This document shows, piece after piece, positions 59,100 through 64,000 of a stretch of DNA of 64,000 nucleotides; within the stretch, counting starts at the first letter, position 1; each line of letters starts with the position of its first letter. The notes under the pieces are model-generated. The model was given only the letters and a program-made list of their open reading frames with translations. It was not told the DNA's origin and did no database searches. The DNA is from Methyloligellaceae bacterium (GTDB lineage Bacteria; Pseudomonadota; Alphaproteobacteria; Rhizobiales; CBDHHC01). The translations under genes and the position numbers were made by a program. Where the stretch lies: positions 339,777-403,776 of the forward strand of contig CBDHHC010000004.1 of the NCBI GenBank assembly GCA_965263345.1. Direction: 5' to 3'.

Positions 59100-60047
59100 A
59101 TGTCTTCTTCTGAAAAAGATATGTTCTTATTTGCTCCAGAAGACTTATTGGACTGCCTTGGACGTATCACCGAAACTAAAATTATCTATAAATGGCATGG
59201 TGACAAGAAGATCAGCTTTGAAATTTTTTCAGCTGAGAAGAAAATTGAATATTTTGTTAAAGTAGCTAACGTTATTCGGAACTATATCTCTGATCAAAGA
59301 GGGATCGAGTGCCAGTTTTCTTTTTCACAACTCAAAGATCTCCAGGATTCATCCGAAGAGGATGCTCCACCTCTCAATAATAATCCTAATTTTATGCCAA
59401 ATAAATCTATCAATCGCCTTATTCTCATCTTTCAATCCCCTGAAGATGATTTTCGTTTGTTGAGGTTTGCGGCAGGAGAAGGTATTTTAAAAGGGCATCG
59501 TTATTTCGATCCTGATCCAAATATTGTTGAGATTGAATGTAACTCATTACAAAAATCATTTCAGATCTGCTCTAAAACTAAAAATGCTGAGCAGATATCA
59601 AATATCTTTGAAATTAATGCGAATTGTATAGGGATCCCTCAATATTATAGTAAATACCAGACTATTTTTGATCGTCTGCCTAATATCATAAAGCAAAATG
59701 CTATTATTTCCCTCGTTCGCTTAAACCCAAAACAAAAAAAAGAAGATTTATGTGTGCTTATTCAGTCAATTAAAAACATGATTGGGCGTGTTTATCTCTC
59801 TTTGTCTGTTGATAGCTTTGTTGAAAAGAAGAGTCATTTTCTTTCCTTGAATTGTGATGGTTTTATCTTAACTGTTGGGGCAAAAGAAATGAACAAGAAG
59901 GATAAAGCTCATAAAATTCAACAAATTAAGGAAGATAGCGAAATAACATCAGAAGTTTTATTTTTATTTTATGGATCTTACCAGAAAACCCCAAGTCTTG
60001 TTGGCGGTGCGAAAGAACTGCTCTATTTACGCAAATTTGAAACATAG
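59100..60047 (+). CDS. Hypothetical protein (315 aa)
   Basis: Long ORF with AAGG RBS; no family recognised. Confidence 0.6.
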   Translation: MSSSEKDMFLFAPEDLLDCLGRITETKIIYKWHGDKKISFEIFSAEKKIEYFVKVANVIRNYISDQRGIECQFSFSQLKDLQDSSEEDAPPLNNNPNFMPNKSINRLILIFQSPEDDFRLLRFAAGEGILKGHRYFDPDPNIVEIECNSLQKSFQICSKTKNAEQISNIFEINANCIGIPQYYSKYQTIFDRLPNIIKQNAIISLVRLNPKQKKEDLCVLIQSIKNMIGRVYLSLSVDSFVEKKSHFLSLNCDGFILTVGAKEMNKKDKAHKIQQIKEDSEITSEVLFLFYGSYQKTPSLVGGAKELLYLRKFET

Positions 60048-60245
60048 TTCTGACTGTATCTGAACGTTTGTAATATTCATGCAACTGATATTATATGTTA
60101 TTAAATTATCCCAATGCTTTAAAAGTTTCCTAAAATGATTATATGAAAGCTTCACAGAAGTGACATGGAGATGTAGTATCCGTGCGGTATGTTAAGGCGT
60201 ATTTTGATTCACCTATGGCTGAAACAAAGTAAATGAGGAGACGTC

Positions 60246-60806
60246 GTGATAGCAAATGCAGGATCACCCGATGCTTATCCGGCCTTGGTTTTAAATGCTG
60301 ACTATAGGCCTCTTAGCTATTATCCTCTGTCACTTTGGAGCTGGCAGGAAACAGTAAAGGCTGTGTTCCTTAACAGGGTTAACATCGTCTCAGAATATGA
60401 AAGATGTGTTAACAGCCCTAGTTTCCAGATGAAGTTGCCTAGTGTTGTTTGTCTTAAAAACTATGTTCGCCCGGCACTTTACCCAGCTTTTACACGCTTT
60501 AACGTGTTCTTACGTGACAGATTTACATGCCAATATTGCGGTTCTATGGAAGACCTTACATTTGACCATCTTATTCCACGCTCAAAAGGTGGACTAACAA
60601 CATGGGACAATGTGGTTACTGCCTGTGCACCTTGTAATTTGGCTAAAGGTGGAGACATGCCCGAGGATGTTGGCATGATTCCAGATCAAATGCCTTACAG
60701 GCCAACAGTTCATGAACTCCATCGTAATGGTCGGTTATTCCCACCTAATTACCTTCATGACAGTTGGATGGACTTCCTGTATTGGGATACAGAACTTGAA
60801 CCTTAG
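60246..60806 (+). CDS. HNH endonuclease (conserved McrA-like)
   Basis: LVLNADY.PL, RD.FTCQYCG, TFDH.IPRS.GG..W.NVV.AC..CN..K motifs; GAGGAG RBS. Confidence 0.93.
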   Translation: MIANAGSPDAYPALVLNADYRPLSYYPLSLWSWQETVKAVFLNRVNIVSEYERCVNSPSFQMKLPSVVCLKNYVRPALYPAFTRFNVFLRDRFTCQYCGSMEDLTFDHLIPRSKGGLTTWDNVVTACAPCNLAKGGDMPEDVGMIPDQMPYRPTVHELHRNGRLFPPNYLHDSWMDFLYWDTELEP

Positions 60807-60835
60807 ATTTTAGGGCCTATAAAGACAAAATAAAA

Positions 60836-61282
60836 ATGACTGAGGCAGAAATTTTACAACTCACATTTGATGTTAATGAAGCTATGTCCAGCTTATTTTC
60901 CATCTTTTTTGGTATTATTTCTGCCTATATTGCTGGACTTTATTTCTTTTTATACAAATCTCCCCTTACTTTGAAAGCCATGGCTTTTCTGCTTCTCACT
61001 TTTGGATTTTTATTTTTAGGTCAATCCATGTCAGGTGTTGAAGCAAGATTACTTGGAATAATCGAAGCCTGGAATAGTGTCGCGGTCAAAACAACGGGTA
61101 TTGAGGACTTTAAGCAATCTACAATTCCACTTCCAATCAGAGATGTATTGAACTGGCTAGGCCTTAAGCCCTTTTCATATGATGGTGAAAGAGTCGTCAT
61201 ATATACTGGCTGGATCACTTCCATTTTTGTTTATTTTACTCTCTTTTATGCGACATTTATTTATAAATGGCCTGAGAGATAA
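60836..61282 (+). CDS. Hypothetical membrane protein (three TM segments)
   Basis: 148-aa hydrophobic ORF following the HNH gene. Confidence 0.65.
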   Translation: MTEAEILQLTFDVNEAMSSLFSIFFGIISAYIAGLYFFLYKSPLTLKAMAFLLLTFGFLFLGQSMSGVEARLLGIIEAWNSVAVKTTGIEDFKQSTIPLPIRDVLNWLGLKPFSYDGERVVIYTGWITSIFVYFTLFYATFIYKWPER

Positions 61283-61523
61283 ATAGGTAGCTCATAGTTG
61301 GCGAGTTTCCTTAAGTTGTTTTGTTCCCAAACTAACCTTATCATTCTGATATATCTAACTTTCCTAAGTTTTACTTAGATCTTACTAAAATTTACGTAAG
61401 TAGAGCCTTAAGGCTACCTAAGTAGTCAATACGGATGCATGTAGGTTGCTTTTTTTATTATAAGTTTAGAGAAAAAGATAAAATTTGCGTTCACATCGCA
61501 CTCTTACGGAGGCCTCTTCAGAC

Positions 61524-64000
61524 ATGACTGGTGTAAATACAACTGCAGATACTACAAGCAATGGTATTTCAGCTAATCAGGCTGATGACTTTGGAAAACA
61601 TATCCCTGATAACAATAAACCCGAGGCTGAAAAAACATCTGATAAGCCCAATGACGAAGGTAATATCGTTTCGGGTGCTGTCGAGACAGGGGCTAAGGTT
61701 GTCAATCATATAGACCAACATCTTGTAGACCCTGCAACAAAGGCAATTATAGATCCTGGCGCTTTGATTGCTGATTTAAAACCAAAGGATCAGTTACAGC
61801 TTCAGGTTACGCTTGAGGGTAAGGTGCAAGCACCGATCCCAACGCCCATTGGTCCTGTTGGTATTGGTAATAAAAGTCAATATGGATATCATATCACAGT
61901 TGAGCGCCTTGAAGCGACTCCTGGTGAGACAGGGCAGTATGAAGTTACGTTCAATAAACATCTGCAAACAGGTGTTACTCTAGAACCTCCTGTTCCTGGA
62001 TTTGACCCTGCTGCTGAATATAGTATTCGAACTGCCAATTCTGTTACTATGCGGTTTGATACTCAAGCTGAGGCAACACGTGCCGTGCAAGCTTTACAAC
62101 GCCTAGCTGTTTCCGAGACTTTAAAAGATGCTAAAGCAGCAGGATCATTGGCAACAGGTTCAGACCCATCACTCTCTAATCCAACGACTAATCCCGTTCT
62201 TGATCAGGGCTCTCAAAATTTCCCATTAGCGGACAGAGTTGCACCATCAGAACAAGATATGCAATTCTTACAGCAGAACATTACAAGCATTACACATCGT
62301 TTTGGTGATCAGACTCGTCTCAAAGCTGCCTTCAAAGGCTTTAATTTTGGATTCGAACCTCGTTTTGATAGGAACCGGGGCTTTACTCGTACCATTACTA
62401 TGCCTCAGGGTGACAATCCAGGTCGAGTCACTTATGGCTTCTCAACTGAGCTTGATCCTTCTGTGAAGGAGAGTTTGGTTGTTATCGGTAAGCAGAAATT
62501 TGACCAACTGGAAGTTGGAGCTGTTTATCAGAACATAGCTGATGTTGGACAGCTGACAAATAATATTGAAGTGAGTTGGGATCTTCCTGCTTCATCTTTT
62601 GACAGTACAGCCAGTGGCACACCTGTGCCAGAATTAAGAGCTATAATTGATGGTGAGATGTTAAGAGCCCCTGATAATATTTCTGGCAGCTATACTCTTG
62701 AAGCTCCAACTTTAGCTTCTCTTGCCGATCCTGTGAGCCGAACCGACCTTAGACGTTTTGATATTAATTTTTCTCTGGACAATCCCGGTCAACATGCTGG
62801 GCCTGTGCTTAAAGAAATTTTTCAAGGAGATATTGAAGGCGTCTTTAGAGAAGTTGGTGAAGATGGGCAGGTTACGATTACAAACGAAACTATTCGTCGA
62901 GATGGTTTTCATATCCAACCCGAACTGAAGGCCGAATTTGCTGATGTTGCTGAAGGAAAAATAAGCACAATTATTCAAGTTGGCCATGATCGTATGCTAA
63001 CGCATAATTCTAGAACATTTACCGCAAATGATTTTGCTGACAGAATTTGGGGACCTGAAGGTCCTCAGGATCCGACAGTTTCTGGTGATCAAGATACAAA
63101 ACCTAGCAATACATATGTTGTTGTTCCGGAAGTTGGTCTCAATGTTCGAGAAACGCCCTCTCTTCAAGGGACAAATACTGGTGATCTACAGCATGGAAGC
63201 TTTGTAACTACTGGTGTTTCTGTGGTTGATGAACAAGGTCGACAGTGGGTACACATTCAAAGTCTTGATGAAAATGATAAACTAATCTCAGGGTGGGTTG
63301 CGAGTGAATATCTTCGACCTCATAATGAGCAAGGTGCTATGGATGACCACGGACGTATGAATCCTGAATTAAAAGAACAAGGTTATACTGAAGTTGAGGT
63401 TGAACATCGTGATAACCTTTGGGATTTGGCACAACAACATAGCGTTGACTTCCAACAAATGGTGGAGCTCAATCAAGATCATCTGATTAATCCGGGGCTG
63501 ATTTTCCCTGGAGATAAAGTTTACATCCCAGGTACGGCTGCTCCTGTTCAACCTGTACAAGAAGAGACTATCAATGAAACTCAGGATTCTAGATCTGAGA
63601 GCGCTGCAGAAAGCACAGAGAGTTCTGAGGCTCAAAATGAAAGTGCTCAAAGCTCTGAGTCTCAAGGTGAAAGTACTGAAAGTTCTCAGTCCCAGAGTGA
63701 GACAACGGAAAGTTCAGAATCGCAAGGTGATAATTCCGCGAGCACATCAAACAACACTGAAAGTGATCAAAGTGCCAGTGGTCAAGATGTTAAAGAACCT
63801 GAAAAAACAGAAAGTCCTGCTGACGAGAATTATGATGATCCAAGCCTGAGTGGTGATCATCAAACGACAACACCAGAACAACCTAAAGATATTCCAGGAA
63901 CTCTACCCGGGTTGCCATTAGATCAGAGACCTAACCTTGTAGATGTGGCGGCTACCTATCAAGTTACAGATGATATCATGGTGAACTGGGGACCAAATGG
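61524..64000 (+). CDS. Large acidic SH3b + LysM domain protein, more than 825 aa, truncated by the window end (absent from the ORF track)
   Basis: GGAGG upstream; ATG at 61524 (MTGVNTTADTTSNG...). No stop found in the stretches translated. GLNVRETPS...GWVASEYL (SH3b, about 63110-63320); VEHRDNLWDLAQQH...NQDHLINPGLIFPGDKVYIP (LysM, about 63385-63530). Confidence 0.85.
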   Translation, partial: MTGVNTTADTTSNGISANQADDFGKHIPDNNKPEAEKTSDKPNDEGNIVSGAVETGAKVVNHIDQHLVDPATKAIIDPGALIADLKPKDQLQLQVTLEGKVQAPIPTPIGPVGIGNKSQYGYHITVERLEATPGETGQYEVTFNKHLQTGVTLEPPVPGFDPAAEYSIRTANSVTMRFDTQAEATRAVQALQRLAVSETLKDAKAAGSLATGSDPSLSNPTTNPVLDQGSQNFPLADRVAPSEQDMQFLQQNITSITHRFGDQTRLKAAFKGFNFGFEPRFDRNRGFTRTITMPQGDNPGRVTYGFSTELDPSVKESLVVIGKQKFDQLEVGAVYQNIADVGQLTNNIEVSWDLPASSFDSTASGTPVPELRAIIDGEMLRAPDNISGSYTLEAPTLASLADPVSRTDLRRFDINFSLDNPGQHAGPVLKEIFQGDIEGVFREVGEDGQVTITNETIRRDGFHIQPELKAEFADVAEGKISTIIQVGHDRMLTHNSRTFTANDFADRIWGPEGPQDPTVSGDQDTKPSNTYVVVPEVGLNVRETPSLQGTNTGDLQHGSFVTTGVSVVDEQGRQWVHIQSLDENDKLISGWVASEYLRPHNEQGAMDDHGRMNPELKEQGYTEVEVEHRDNLWDLAQQHSVDFQQMVELNQDHLINPGLIFPGDKVYIPGTAAPVQPVQEETINETQDSRSESAAESTESSEAQNESAQSSESQGESTESSQSQSETTESSESQGDNSASTSNNTESDQSASGQDVKEPEKTESPADENYDDPSLSGDHQTTTPEQPKDIPGTLPGLPLDQRPNLVDVAATYQVTDDIMVNWGPN
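63609..63728 (+). repeat. In-frame degenerate 30-bp repeat x4 (ESTESSEAQN / ESAQSSESQG / ESTESSQSQS / ETTESSESQG)
   Basis: Manual translation of the Ser/Glu/Gln linker after the LysM domain. Confidence 0.7.

Noticed and set aside
60246-60806. HNH gene as a mobile homing endonuclease or defence gene
   Set aside because: Matches the conserved chromosomal alphaproteobacterial HNH family in its usual alkA/esterase context.
62239-63849. Short ORFs listed in the track at 62239, 62712, 63369 and 63574
   Set aside because: Alternate-frame or antisense shadows of the long ORF starting at 61524; the apparent TAA near 62962 is out of frame.

Overview
AT-rich alphaproteobacterial chromosomal segment, probably Hyphomicrobiales judging by gene content. 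It carries tRNA-Leu(CAA) and mostly housekeeping genes: exoD, dsbB, hemH, SPFH/NfeD, phaZ, pyk, glycerate kinase, pepN, wecB, rimO, an AsmA-family gene, prkA-yeaH-spoVR, gluQ, alkA and an HNH nuclease. No integrase, IS or CRISPR array was seen. The most unusual part is the apparently empty stretch 2130-3680. It has a promoter with CtrA boxes, GANTC sites and an exact alphaproteobacterial LexA box, then two small ORFs (one ending in a beta-clamp-like QLNLF motif). These are followed by a ~660-nt non-coding tract with about 28 same-strand G(C/A/T)GTA pentamers and five hairpins with CCCC loops, closed by a terminator; it looks like an SOS-controlled sponge-type RNA. Other notable items: an uncharacterised two-gene module (wHTH-like protein plus a double-ATPase AAA/HerA protein); a Cys/Pro-rich protein with an FrpC self-processing-like domain; an OPRTase-PQQ propeller fusion; and a shared upstream motif linking the FrpC-like gene to a large SH3/LysM gene that the ORF track misses. 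All calls come from manual reading and remembered family motifs; no database searches were run.
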